DNA of 60,000 bases from Callorhinchus milii (lineage: Eukaryota). Shown in pieces: positions 13,094 through 26,814 of this stretch. The stretch spans positions 28,956,001 through 29,016,000 of the forward strand of contig NW_024704742.1 of the NCBI RefSeq assembly GCF_018977255.1, read 5' to 3'. Numbering within the stretch: position 1 is the first letter of the stretch; the number at the start of each line of letters is the position of its first letter. Below the pieces are notes generated by a model. It saw only the letters and a list, made by a program, of their open reading frames with translations. It searched no databases and had not been told where the DNA came from. A program made the translations under genes and the position numbers.

Positions 13094-13209
13094 TCCTGCA
13101 AGTATTGCTGTGATATCGCTAGCCTTTGGGCAATATATACTGGAACCAATATTCATGCCGTGTGCAGTTCCAGACATCGCCATCAAGATTGTCTCCACCG
13201 TTGGAATCA
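13094..13209 (+). CDS. slc7a11: xCT exon 3 equivalent (116 bp)
   Basis: ttttttccgacAG|T CCT GCA...GGA ATC A|GTaagt. Encodes [38 protein letters not shown] and is phase-compatible with both neighbours. Contains the Cys (TGT, 13161-13163) equivalent to the heavy-chain disulfide Cys. Confidence 0.96.
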
Positions 13210-13399
13210 GTAAGTTCAGACGTGCATCCACATAAATGTTTCCCTTCCTCACGTACAGGATTTTAATCTTTGTGAAATAAATCCATGCTTGACATTTCAA
13301 ATTATTGGCGTTAGATCTCATAATCTACTATGTCTATCTTCCTGAGTGGAATAGATAACTGGGGATCTCCTTTGAACTGAACTGACTCAAAGATACATG

Positions 13400-13890
13400 T
13401 TTGACAATGGGATTCCGCAATCGAGTCAACCCTTGGTGACAATCTCGATTGTCTAATTCCTGAGCCAGGTGGGTTCTCAGTTTTCCAGGACGTTGATGAT
13501 GATAGACTAGTCAACATGGCTCAATGGCTGGACTTGGAAGGGTAGACTAGTTACTAGGCGCAACTAAGGCTAGTTTCTAGTAACCAATCTACTAGGTAGG
13601 ATGATTACTTAGCAACATGCTACTGCTAATCCTGCAGCCAAAGTTCTAATGGGTAAGATAGTCCAACCTGGACAAGCAGCAGGAAGTTTGCCATCAGTGT
13701 TTTCAATGCAATGCTGAAATTCAGGTAATAAGTAGGGTGCATTGCTCCAGGAAGACAGTACTCATTCCATTCCAGAGACAGAAATATTGATATATCAGTG
13801 GCATGCATATGTGAAACTAAACACCTAAACACCTAAAGTCTATTTTGGATACTCTTAAGCATAGTGATGAGTTTCCAGACATTTGAGTGA
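13400..13890. repeat. Unclassified repeat X, diverged copy
   Basis: tgtttgacaatggga, ttcctgagccagg, gacttggaaggg and ggatactcttaagcatagtgatgagtttc are shared with the other copies. Confidence 0.75.
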
Positions 13891-15109
13891 TATCGTCCTC
13901 GGAGGGGAGTCACTTTGTATTGAGCCAAACAAACATGCACATGTAATACCAGCTTACCATTGGTCAGGGGATTGGGCTACAGTGGTCTGCAATACCCTTT
14001 ATTGGCTCAGGAGGTGGGAGCAGGGATGATGTTAAACACGTGGAAATTACTCAGAAATGTAGTCAAAGCCAAATAAACATTCATCACCAGATATCCCTCT
14101 GTTCCATATTTAAATGCTGCATAATATGGCATGACACTAAACCACAAATCATTTTAATTTATGTTTCATCTCATTCAAATACTTGGATAGGGTAAATAAA
14201 TTTGGCTCACGTTCTTCGTCCCTTAGTTGTAAGAGGCGAGGGAGTGAGAGCCCAGATTAATGTGGGTGAGGAATTTGGCAAAACTCCGAAATGCATGCTG
14301 AAACTCTTTGATCTTTTATTGTTCATTGCACTGAAAAATGCCTAGCAGGACAGTTTACTTGTGCGAAACCTAATCGGATTACATGCTTTTATTCTTCCTC
14401 TTAAAGAGCTTGTTTCGCCATCAGGGGCACTTTTCTGGAGCAAACTGTTACTAAGGAATGTGATTAATTTTAACAGTTTTTATTCTTATCTCTCGGCTTC
14501 TTTTTGCTAAATAAATTAGATCAGTCTTTGCATTAGAAGTGCTGAGCATCAGCAGGAGAACTTGTCGAGAGATTTAAATCAATGGCGGCTGCCATCTTCA
14601 TTAATCCTACCCGAGCACTTCAGTCGTTGTGTCACTTCAGCGTCAGACTTACAAATTCAGACCTTCCCTCACACTGCCGAGCTCGGTAACCTGACTCAGC
14701 CAATGTCACTCACACCTACAGTCCTAATCCTTTAAACAAACACACAAAAAAACAACAGAAGTAATAACAATAATAATGATAATAATAATAATCCATGCAT
14801 TTGACAAGAGGTTTGAGACATCCTCCCATCAGGAGGATGTCTCAAACCTCTTCGCAAGATTTTATTGTAACATATATTTTGTAGGTGAACTCCTAGTAGA
14901 GAAAAAAAAGTAGAAAAGGATGTTTGAGATTGAGAACTTTTTGTGACTGATTGCAATGTAAAGCTGCCGCAAATCTGAGACATTGGTGTTTAATGAGTCT
15001 GAACATGGACTCACCTAGACTGGTGCGAATGTTCAGGGAACCGCTTCTTGACCGTCCTGTGGGCCATAGCCAGCCTGCGGGCCATGGATTTTGCCATCAA
15101 TGGTCTAGT

Positions 15110-15800
15110 TGACAGGAGGAGTAGAGGATCAAAGAGATCTGGAGATTCACATCCACAAATCTCTAAAAGAAGCTACACAGGTAGATAAAGCTATAAAAAG
15201 GCAAATTGTATCTTGGGCTTTATATCCAGAGAGATAGAATATAAAAGTGAGGAGAGCATGTTGAATTCATACAAAACCTTTGTTAGACCACATTTCTGGT
15301 TTCCAATCATAAGAACAATATAGCACTGATGGAAAGAATACAGCGTAGGCTTATGAGGATAATACCAGGGCTGGCAGATTATTGCTATTAGGATAGACTG
15401 GATAGGTTAGGAATTTTTTTCGCTAGACAAGAGACTCTTAAGTGGGGACCTAATAGACATAGTTTAAATTGTAAACAGATTAACATAAATTGACTGTTTC
15501 AACTGGTTTGGGATTCCGTAACCAGGGACACAAGTTTAAGATAGTGACTTGGGGGATCTAAACGTGAATTTAGGAGGAACTACTTCATACAGAGGGTATT
15601 GATATCATGGAACTCCCTGTCCAAAGTGGTGGTTGAATTAGATGTTATAGATGGATAGAAGAGGAACCTGGACCTTCACATGAGGGACAGTGGAATGGAA
15701 GGGTATGGGAGGAAGTAAGGAATGGGTGAAAATTTGTGTGCAGTATAAACACCGGTATGAACTGGTTGGGTCGATTGGCCTGTTTCTGTGCTGTATATTC
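15110..15800 (+). mobile_element. Decayed CR1 LINE 3' region
   Basis: Collinear with the CR1 at 30583-31400 (agagatctgg, gtagataaagct, tacaaaacc.tgttag, tggcctgtttctgtgctgta). Confidence 0.85.
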
Positions 15801-17494
15801 TTTGGAAATTTCTTTGTAAATCACTTGACCAATCTTTCCTTGCAATGTGGAGTGCAATATAAACCTAAGACATAAGTAAAAACTGCTCAGGCATTTATTC
15901 CCCATCCGATATTCTGTGTGACGTACTGAGCAAACTGCAGCCATCTGTGAGAGAGGATAAATATTTAAAGAAGGATGTTAAGATTTGTTGGCGTACCACT
16001 GTGCCATTGATGTACCTTAGTGCTTTCCTCTAATTATTCGAAAAACAACAATCTCCAGGTTCACCAAAGGGCATTCATCAGTGAAAATACTTAGAAAGAT
16101 TTTAGAATAGGAAAAGACAATATAGCCTCCCCTTTTCATAAACCTAAACCACACTATCTATTTTCTCATCATATCCCGCAATACCTTCTCTTTCCAATAA
16201 CACATTTATTAGTGTTATTCAGTGTTATTCAGTACCACTGCAAGTTCCTGTAATTTGACACACTATGATGAATTTGCAAACTAATTGCTATAAAATTACC
16301 AAACTTTGGAGAATCATCAATCTATGTTTTACCTTGTAATCCCAATTTTTGAAATCTTCAATGTACCAAACAAATCTCCAGCATGCACCTTGTCAATCCC
16401 CTTCTACCAAATTATATCACAATAATAATAATCCTTGCATTTGATATGGTGCCTTATCATGTCATTGAGACGCTTCAAAGCGTTTCACAGAATATATTGT
16501 AAAGTGGATTGACTGTATATTTTTTCACCTTTTCCAAAGCAAACAAAGATAGTCAGGAACTCAGGGTAGCATGCAGAAAAATCAACTTTTGGGCATTTAG
16601 GAAACTCTTCCAAAACCAAACTGAGAATTCCAGGCTGCATGCCACCTGGTCATGGAAATTTCCAAGCTGCATGGAACTCCTATTTTTGTATGGGAAGAAA
16701 TGAGGCTTAGTATTCTGGGAAGGTGAGATCAAATGGGTGAAAAACCTTCTTCATCCACACCTCTCTTGCAATCTCCTTTTTCTTTTCCTTTGTTGGTCAC
16801 ATTCTTCTTTTCACTTAACCTCTGAATTAACTCATTTGAACTTCTGTCGTCCGAGAAAGATAGTGATTGGTAGAATTACCCATCAGGCAAGGAATTTTGT
16901 GAGTAACAATTAGGACAAACACCACTGCCATTGGGTTTCTTTTTGTATAGGCAGTCTTCCTGTATAGATTCTGGTAATGTTTAACACAGAGAAGTTCAAA
17001 CACTGCGGTCACAATTGCAGTGATTTGTTATGGGAGTCATTCATAACAACTTCCACATCACAATTATCAAATTCTTCCAGTAACAGAGAGCCCTGACCTG
17101 TGAATCCTGCTGGGACCATGCAGGAATGCAAGTCCTCATGATGTGCATCCAGTTACTGGAAGGAGTCACTACTTTGGCTCTGAGTAATTACCTGGCCCGA
17201 TAGAAAAGTGCAGACATATTTGCAAAAAATTGCGGAATGTTTTACAACTCTTGCGGAGGGGTTTGCTAGATTTTGCAAGGAGATTGCAGGGTTTGATTGG
17301 TGCTATTGAGGTACATTTTACTGCTACATGTTTTCACTTTATTGATAAAAACTAAACATAAGGAAATAACAAATATTAGATTGTTGCAAAAAATTATTAA
17401 TTGCTTCTTTAAAAACTGGGTGGCTTTTTTTTTGGGTGGGAGACACCAGCAAGGCTACAGGAGCTCACCACCTCCTGCCTCTCAGGGCCAGTAC

Positions 17495-17858
17495 CGCACA
17501 CAGACACAGGGACCGGAGAGACACACTCACTCTGAGACATAGAGAGACACACTCACTCTGAGACATAGAGAGACACACACACGTACTCAGAGACACACGC
17601 TCACAGACACAGTGAGAGGCATACACACTCACAAACACAGAGAGAAACACAAACACACTCACAGATACAGAGAGAGACCAACAGACACAGATAGAGACAC
17701 ACACACTCACAGACACAGAGAGAGAGATACACACTCACAGACACAGAGAGACAAATACATGCTCAGAGACACAGAGAGAGATACATACACTCACAGACAC
17801 AGAGACACACATACTGTCAGACACAGAGACACACACACTCACAGAGACACACATACTC
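17495..17858. repeat. Compound (CA)/(GA) micro/minisatellite
   Basis: Repeated cacactcacagacacagagagaga-like units. Explains the low-complexity ORFs 17465-17734 and 17612-17926. Confidence 0.9.
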
Positions 17859-18560
17859 AACAACAACAACAACAAATTACATTTATAGAGCGCCTTTCAC
17901 ATCGGGAGGACGTCCCAAAGTGCTGAACAGTCAGGTGTCTCGACCTGAGCATGGGGGAGGGGTGGTGTAGGGGTGAGGGAAGGCAGAGAGGTGGGAGGGC
18001 GACCAACGGCACGATCGAACAGAGGAGGCAAGGGAGGAAGCGAGGCGAAGGGACTGTGGGATGGAGTTCCAGAGTGTGGGGGAGAGAGGCTTCGTTTGCT
18101 GTGACGAAGTGGAGGCGGTGTGAAAGGTAGGACCTGAACCAGTCAAGGACAGAAACTTGAGGGTTGAGGTGGGAGGAGAGGAGGTGGAGGAGGAATGAGT
18201 GGTCCATGATGTCAAAGGCGGCGGAGAGGTCGAGGAGGACGAGGAGGCAGAAGGAGCCCTGGTCGCACTTGGTCAGGTTGTCGTTTGTGACCTTGACCAG
18301 AGCAGTTTCTGTGCTGAGGGAGCACGGAAACCCAATTTGAGGGGTTCATGGAGGGAGTGGGAGGAGAGGAAAGAGCGAAGCTGGGAGGCAATGGCTCTCT
18401 CAAGGACCTATAGGAAAGGGAGGTTTGAGATGGGCCAGTAGCTAGATAGCTGTGATGGGTCAAGGGAAGGTTTCTTCAGGGTGGGGGTGATAATGGTTAT
18501 TTTGAAGGGGGAAGGAACAGTGCCAGATGACAGGGAGAGGTTAATGATGTCGTTCATAGA
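17859..18560 (-). mobile_element. L2 LINE with large internal deletions
   Basis: (caa)n tail. Minus-strand peptides DIINLSLSSGTVPSPFK..PTLKKPSLDP..PISNLPFL and DHSFLL..LDWFRSYLS are RT N-terminal motifs fused to the 3' end. Confidence 0.88.
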
Positions 18561-18599
18561 CACAGAGAGACACACACACTCATAGAAATTGGAACCCAT

Positions 18600-18915
18600 A
18601 TAGTCAATGCTTTAATGCAGTGTTGTGGGTGCACTGCATGGTTGGCAGTGCTGTTTAGTGGATGAAACTTTCAACCAAAATCCCGTCTGTCTATCCAGGT
18701 GGATGTCAAAGATCCCATAGCACTGTTCAAAAAGAGAAGGGAGTTTCTCCTAGTGCCCCGGCCAACAATCCCCCAAATAAAATTGACCACTCCATGGTTG
18801 TTTGTGGGACATTGCTGAACACAAATCAGCTGCCACATTCACCCACAAAATATACAAAGTCACAGCACTTTACAGTTGATGCTGTGAAATGCTTTAAGAC
18901 GCCTTGATGACGATG
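18600..18915 (+). mobile_element. DeuSINE fragment
   Basis: caggtggatgtcaaagatcccatagcactgttc..gtgccccggccaacaatcc. Confidence 0.8.
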
Positions 18916-19354
18916 TGATAACAACAAGATTACATTTGTATGGCGCCTTTCATGTCGAGAGGACGTCCCAAGGCAGCATATCGATACAAGGATTATTATT
19001 ATTTCTTTTCAAATATAAAGTTCTGTGCAGATTATTGTTGCACCTTCTTCCTTTAAAGAAAATCAATGTAATTTGCCATATCCATATTTGGGAAGTGTTA
19101 AATAACATATTTAATAGCAGCTCCCTTAAGCAGTGTGCACCATTAATCTTGTGGTCTTGTTGCCTTGAGTAATGTTCCATCAATCCAAATGACAAATGTG
19201 TTCAGGGAGCTGTCTCTCATGTCGGCCCCAGGCTCAATCTTTTATTAAAATGAAAAAGCAGAGACGTTTATGTTTGGGGGCCCATTTAGTGTGTATAAAA
19301 CGGGTGGTAATAATAAATAGACAACCTACATACAAGCAATTTTTTTATTTTTTT

Positions 19355-19672
19355 TAATAATAACAATAACAATCTTTGCATTTGATATAGCACTTTTCAC
19401 GTCTTCTCAATGTCTCAAAGAGCTTCACAGAATAGACTGTAAAGTGAATTGACCGTATATTTGTGGGCGAAACGCGGCAGCCAATTGCACACAGCAATGT
19501 CCCACAAACAGTCGTAGATTGAAAATGACCAATTTATTACTGTTTTGTTTTGGAGGGATTATTATAGGCACGTGGAGTAAGGAAATTTGCCCAAGGTTTT
19601 GCCCTGCCTGGAATTGAACCCAGGTGTCTCGCTTGCAAGGCGAGCGCTCTAACCACTGAGCTTCAGGACTCC
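19355..19672 (-). mobile_element. tRNA SINE, short subfamily
   Basis: Near identical to 6681-7002 and 11178-11488. Confidence 0.9.
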
Positions 19673-20274
19673 ACCTTCTTTTAAAAAGAAGTCCAGTGCC
19701 CCAATCAAACACCTGGACGATCTATGGTTGAGCTCTTGCTGAGAGCAAGGTTTGGTGCAATTATAATTGTGAGAGACCACAGTCGTTGGAGCACAGTCAT
19801 GTCTTTTTTTCAATAGAAACTTTAGAGAAAGAAATATTAAGGATCTGAAAAGTGTGCAGTAGAATGGGACTAGGTTAGGGGTATCACATGGAGTAAAAAC
19901 ACCACCTTGCACCTGATGGGCTCATTGGCCCGTTTCTTTGCTGTAGCATTCTTTGATTCTGTAACACTTTGACATTTCGTCTAAATGTCAACAGCTTCTA
20001 AGCTCTCACCCTTTTCCATTCCCCCCTGCTCGATAAAACAAAATCAGATGAAGAAAACAATTCCTCACATGTTTGTTTGTGGTGACAACATCCTTCTGTT
20101 CCTGAGTAGTTGGATCAGTAGAAATAAACTTTCTGAATGTGTTCTGTCTGATACCCAACCAACTCCCGAACACGCTTGCAATAGCTTCAGGAGGCTCTCC
20201 TGATTGGCTCCGCACATCAGGCACTGGCAGCATCAGCATCCATGGATGCATACTCCACCTTACCAAATGAATCA

Positions 20275-21045
20275 GAAACCCAGGCTTCTTGTTCGACCCT
20301 CAACTGTCCTTTCTCACCCACATACGTGCAATGACCCACTCTGCCTTCCCCCACCTCCGCAACGCTGCCTCGCCACTCAGGCCACCGAAATCCTCATACA
20401 TGGCTTCATTACGACCAGCCCCGACTATGCCAACATCCTCCTTGTCAGCCTTCCCAACTCTTCCCTCCACAAGCTGCAGATCATCCAAGACATGAAAAGC
20501 GCATATCAAATTCAAGAATTATTATTATATTATTAACTGTGTAGCTTGTGCCCTCTCCCACACCAGGCTCCGTGATTCCATCACACCCAACCTCGCCCAC
20601 CTCCACTGGCTCCCCATCCCTCAGAGCATCGAGTTATAAATTCTCGTCCTCACCTTCAAGCCCCTCCTTGGCCCTGCCCACTCCTACCACCCCAACCTGC
20701 TAATCCCTTAGCAACCTGTCTCTCCCTCCGCTCAGTACTCTGGCCTGCTCCATGTCCCCCGCCCATCCCACCCCACCATTGGTGGTTGGGCTTTCAGCCT
20801 CTCTGCCTCCACCCTTTGGAACTCCATCCTGCATTCCCTTCACCTCGCTCCCTCCCTAGACTCCTTGAAGGCAGGCCTCAAACCCTCCTCTTCGACCGTG
20901 CCTTCGACCACTTTCCTACGTGCACTCTCCCCGCCCTCCACCCTCCGTAATCCCAACATCCCCCCAGCTCGGGTCCTAATCCCTGTTCAGCACCTTGGGA
21001 CGTCTTCCCGACATGAAAGATGCTTTACAAATGTAATTTTGTATT
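20275..21045 (+). mobile_element. L2 LINE 3' fragment interrupted by a SINE tail (~20487-20535)
   Basis: Peptides FDPQLSFLTHI and ATEILIHGFITT..DYANILL..LHKLQIIQ, followed by an L2 tail. Confidence 0.85.
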
Positions 21046-23551
21046 ATAGTAGTTACTACTTATTCTCAATTGGAAGGTGCTCTTCCAAAAATACTTGGTG
21101 CTTTAAAAGTGCAAGTTGTTTTCCAATATAAAAAATGTTTAATCTTTATCTGTTTCAAGCTTCTTTTCAACAATAACTTGCACAGATAAAGCACCTTTTA
21201 CATTTAAAAACATCTTAATATGCTTCACAGAGATTAAGTGGGAGTCCAAGTTAGTTGAGAGATGGAGGGGAATCGAGGGAAGTGAGCAAAAGTTCAGTAA
21301 AGGAGGTAGATTTTTACAAGGGTTTCAAAAGTGGAGAGGGATGGAGGGAGCTAGGCAGAGGAAGAATTTTCGGAAGAAAATTTCACAGAGCAAAGTGGCT
21401 GACAGCTCACCTACCGATGATGGGGCAGAGGGGTCAAGGATGGGGCAAGAACGTTTACAGTTCCCATGTAAACTGTCTTGTCATAATCTTTAAGACACAG
21501 TAAATGCAGTGTAGGGTTTATATGGAGTTCTGAAACATCCCATGGGATTTATTCCAACATCTAATTTTTAATACAATATTTTGACATCCTTTAGGCTCTC
21601 AGCTGTAAGATACTGAACCAGGGTTTAATCACAGTACTTGGAGTATAGGCTATTCACTGTTGTATACTAATCTTCCGCTAGCCAACTAAATACTAACATT
21701 ACTGTCTTACTTGGCCACACAGGTCTCCCCGTCCAATAAATACCGTTGCCATCCTCTCCTGTGTGTCACCTGTGTCAATGTCAGACACAACCTTCTCACA
21801 TTCAAAGGCTGTGCAATAAATCACTCGCGCAATCCTTTCAGTGCACCAGCTAAAGGGGGACTGCTTTTTTTTTGCCTGCAGCTGTTGTTCAATAAATTAT
21901 CCTTGAATTCCCAACATACCAGCTGTATCCATTGTACCCAAGAACACCAGATGTAAGTAGTGTACAGTAAGGAGTGTCCTTCAGTCACTGGGATCCGGGT
22001 GTTTAAGTGGCCCAGAATGTTACCACCACAACGCCAGCTCCACGGTTCCAATTCAACCCAAACAGATGGGATGAATCACTTTCCCTTTCCCTTTCATCTA
22101 TCCGTGCAGCACACAACCGCCCATAATTCACAATTGATTGTCACTAAATTGCAGACTCACTCAGAGAGGCCATAAGGATGGCTGATGCTGAAAATAATGC
22201 TTGGAAATACGCAGTTGCTGAACTTTACAGTCAAATTCTGTGTAAACACTTTGAGACGTTGCGATGATGTGATAAGTTGCTGTTCCAAATGCAACGATTA
22301 TTAAAGTAATGACACATGGGAGCAAGTGCATCAGAGGAGTGTGGAAGAAACTTTACTTTGCACACTGTATCCCTGATGTTTTGCCATCTCCATGTTATTT
22401 CTCAACAGCCTTGTCAACAAATTTTCAGTTCTGCAGCATAAACTGATTACATAAGTACAAAAGATCACCCTCAGACTAACGCAGGGCAACAATAAAACAC
22501 CAGGAAATCGCTTGTCAAGTCTCCACAAAAGAAAAACAGATATCCGTCTATGATCTCACCAGTTCCTTTTCCGATTTAAAATGATATTTTGAATTCCGAA
22601 TGCTAAAAGAATATGATAAATGTATGCATATACTTACACATATAGATACACACCTAGGTTTTAAATGTGGTAAGTAAAATAATTAATACAATAGAAAAAT
22701 TGAACATTTTACCAACAAACTGTTTGGTTTGCAAAAAACAGTACTTTTTCTTCACAGTCCAGGAGACAATCAGTTCTCTCCTCTCTCGCACTCTCTCTCT
22801 CTCTCTCTCAGTTTTGCTCTTAATTTGCTTTTGTCTCTGACCCAGGGACTCATCGGACACACTATTTCGGAGGTCTACTCACTGCTGACCAAAATCCTTT
22901 GATCTATATGAATTATTGATTGAGTTTCAGGTTGAGCAGGGCATTAGAATATTTGAGGTTAAAGTTAGATTCTAACTCTCTAACACTCCATTAGAGTTAC
23001 ATTAGTGAGTTTGTGCTTCCAAAAGATCCACAACCCTGCCAATTCCCATGATAGGTAGCGGTGCTCCATGAAGTCAGCCCTGTCAATGGCAATGCAACTA
23101 CTGCCTCTCAATGGGGTTCACACGATCTTTACAGAGGTTTAATGCACTGGGAGTCTTCAGATGCTGCGACTGAATTTCAATTTCTATAAGATAAGAGAGA
23201 ACAAAACATTTGCTACTTTATAACATCTTATCACATCAAAATCTTAGCAATAATTATTGTTAGTCCCTCCAGAGTGTGCCTCAAACATGTAACTCATGAT
23301 TTCACCTTCAAATACCCATGATTTCCATGTGCAATGAGGTCAGTCATGTTAGAAGGTATTCTTCTGTCGTTTTACACTTAAAGTAATTGTGGCACTTGCC
23401 TCCCTCAGGCCCTGGTCTCCGAACAGCAATGATTTGTGTCAAATAATTTGTACGATTGTTACTTCTGTTTCACTCTTATTTATTGTTCAAGCGTGGACTG
23501 AGTGCATCCAGCTTGATGATGGCATACTCCCCTGTGCCACAGCTATTGACT

Positions 23552-23562
23552 ATGAGTCAGCA
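23552..23562. promoter_or_regulatory. Candidate NRF2/sMAF antioxidant response element
   Basis: ATGAGTCAGCA (reverse complement TGCTGACTCAT) fits TGCTGASTCAY. Motif match only. Confidence 0.35.
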
Positions 23563-24764
23563 GCACGATAGGCAAAGCAGAAGAGACATTTCTCTTCTAC
23601 AGATATAAAAAGGATAAAATCGCAGCTGTGTCCTTTCCGACTTGCTTTTGATTTATAGCATTGCAAACATCCAGGTAATCCTCAACAGTAGTAATATAGA
23701 GCATTTCAGTTCCCATTCAGTGTTACACTGAGTAGGAGAATAGCTAGAAACATTGAATGCAATGATATCTGCAAGAGCCAGATCTTCAATAACTACAGCT
23801 GAGCATGTATCCAAAGTAATGCTCTGCAGTACACTCTGTGTAAATAATGAGAGCAGTAAACAATTGGCCCAAGAATCATAGAGTTGACCAGTGTTTATGA
23901 GATGGTACATGCCAACCAGTTGTAATATCACAGGGTCACATTGTTAATATCAAACTACATGCTAGGAACAAGGAGCACTTGCAGCACACCTTAGGGTCAT
24001 GGAGCGATGATTCAGCATAGCCTTGGGAACAGTTTCATGTCAACATGCCAGACTAATATAAAACATGTTCAGGTAAAGGAGAAGGCTGGCCAGAATCTGT
24101 TAACTGTATGCGAGTGGCACCAAACTGCATCGGACATTCCGATGCGATCTATCATGATTCATGCGTTGTTAGGATTTAATTGGATTGTGCTGTCCCGATA
24201 AGATAAGATCAGCACTGTGGCTGCCTGGTGCCAGTCAGTGAATTAGACAGGTGTGCATTTTCGTGCAGTACAACAGTTTAAAATGTAGTGGTCCAATTGC
24301 CCGCTGATATGCCTTCAGCATTGCAATTAGTCCATGACTGTTCCTCACTGCTCAATGGCTTCCAAATTCTTTAAAGGGGCAACGCATTGTTTTAATTAAA
24401 AATTAGTTTGGAAACATGATGCCAACGTGTGCATGTATGCTGTACGTAATTCGCAACAGAAATGCTCGATGACTTTCAGGCTGCTCCCTCTTTCTTGGGG
24501 AAAAAAATAACTAGGTTTGTAAAATAAATTTGTGATGATTTGTACGCTTCTTCTTTAAACGTTCCTGGTTCCAAATGGATGCAGACAAGAGGGAGAAGGG
24601 AATAGAGAGAATTTGGAGGGGTGGACGATCATGTGGAGTATAAATACTGCCACAAACTAGTGGGGCTGAATGGCCTGATTTTGTGGTATAACAGTCTGTG
24701 TAATTCTATATGTTCTTTCAAGGGAAAAGGAGGAGGCCATTCAACTTGTTAGGCCATTGCTGCT

Positions 24765-25118
24765 AGATGTGTCAGCCTGGCTGACACTCAAGATTAGGTC
24801 TGGGGAGCATTGTTTTGTTGGAAGTGTCGTTATCAGATAGGATGTTAATTCTGATGTCCCATCTGCCTGTTCAGTTGGGTATTAAAGATCCCATGGCACT
24901 ATTTGAAAAGAGAAGGACGTTCTCCTAGTCTACTGGCCACACGCCCCCAAATAAAATAGGTCATTCACTTCATGGCTATTTGTGGGATATTGCTGTATTG
25001 CTTAATTGAATGCTGCGTTTCACCTACAAAATGTGTTTCACCTAATTCACGTGAAACACTTTGAGACATCCTCCTGACATGAAACGCGCCACATCAACTA
25101 TAAAGATTGTTATTATTA
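24765..25118 (+). mobile_element. DeuSINE
   Basis: ggctgacactc, ttaaagatcccatggcactatttgaa and an L2-type tail. Confidence 0.8.
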
Positions 25119-25749
25119 GATCCATTTGATCCATTGAGCCTGCTCAGCTTTTTTTTGATTGTGGCTGATCTATAACTCAGTACCATTTGTCTGCCTTTTT
25201 ATCCTTACTACCTGATACTCTGACTAGCCAAGTATTTATCTATATTCCTCTGAAACATTCCCACCGACTGCATGAACAGTTCTTTCTGAAAGTGAATTCC
25301 ACAATCATGGCAAACCTTTTCATCCCATATCCTCGTTTTCCAGAGGTATCTACGGTATCTCCCTTTTAAATATCCAATCAATTCTCCATCTGAGACATGA
25401 AATGAAGATAGTGCCTCTTTAAGGTGATATCAACATTCCGTAGTTTGCTCTCCACTGGCAGCACCTCACTTGATGTTGAAGGGAAGAGGCTGCATTAAAT
25501 TCAAGATGAGTGTCAGTGACACTTCTATTTCCTTGCCACCACAATAGCTTTAAAGTTATTCAGTTTCTGACACCACGTGGCACAGCTGCTGATTTTTATC
25601 CACATGCCTGTGGAAATGTCAAATGGCTGCCAGTGAAAACTCTATTCACAAGAGCCCACATGATTAGTTCAGAAGAAGGAAGCCTTTCGACTCATTTGAT
25701 TTTATACCTCTACAACACCTTCTCCCCATCACAGCATCAAACCACTTTT

Positions 25750-26190
25750 TGAATGCGTCCAGTGTCCTGGCCTCAATTACCCTTCCTGGCAACCTGTTCC
25801 AGTAGTTAATTATCCTCGGGGAAAAAGAAAAAACTTCTTGGTATCTATCCTGAAATTGCCCTTTGTAATCTTAAACCTGTGTCCTTTTCTGCTGTCTTGG
25901 AGCATGTAAAAGCATTGATCTGGATTTACTTTTTCCCATTTAAAATGTTATACATCCTTATGAGATCCCCGCTGAGTCATCTTCCATTGAGACTGAACCC
26001 TAGTTTGTCTAATCATTGCTTATAACTCATTCCCCTAACACTGAGGATCATCCTCGTTGCTGTCCTCTGCACTACCTCTAGGGCAGAGGCAACCCCTTTA
26101 TGTTGCGACAATCAAAACTGTTTGCAACATACATACAATGTGTAGCCTGACCTGAGTATTATATACTTACAGATCATTATGAGGTTTCTG
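25750..26190 (-). mobile_element. Decayed CR1 fragment
   Basis: Reverse complement resembles 8620-8690 (gcctcaattacccttcctggcaacctgttcca). Confidence 0.65.
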
Positions 26191-26814
26191 TGACTATCTG
26201 TTTAATTCATTTTAAATTTCTCCATTTTACTGTTAGATTCTTGGGGGGAGTGAAGTTTATTTGTCCGAAGGTGAAGAATGTTAGTGCAGGGATTTGGAAC
26301 ACTTTACCATTTCAGGCACCACATGTCAATATTAAGTGCTTCAGGGTCAAGTACATCATGGTTATAGATGGTCAGTAAAGTCCTTTCTCCTCTGTTCTAG
26401 AAATCTCAATAATAATAAATAATAATATTCTTTACATTTGCGCTTTTCACATCAGAAGGATATCTTAAAGCATCATGAGATATACTGTAACGTGCATTTT
26501 GTAGGCGAAACGAGGAAGCCAATTTAAGCACAGCATTAACCACAAACAGCCACAATCAGTAGCACCCACTACTGTATCAACATTGATGTTTATCCACTTC
26601 CCACACCAATCAGTATTCCCTTTGAATAATCCTGGCAAATTAGTCCTGAATTGAGAACAGTTTGTGCTGGATTTAAAGCTATTTCACGGTCAGTGCAAAA
26701 CATTGCACCTCCCTGTGCACCTAATTTGTTTCCAAATATTTAATAACGTTGCTTGTGTCCGCTCTAATTAACTACCCCACATGAAGGGCAAGTTGTTGTT
26801 TGCTGTGTCCTCGG

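Noticed and set aside
17465..17926. His/Arg/Thr-rich and Val/Ser/Cys-rich ORFs
   Set aside because: These are translations of a CA/GA microsatellite.
21505..22035. Possible solo LTR (TATA-like and AATAAA motifs, ending ..ccaca)
   Set aside because: No convincing TG..CA boundaries with a target-site duplication, and no second copy in the window.
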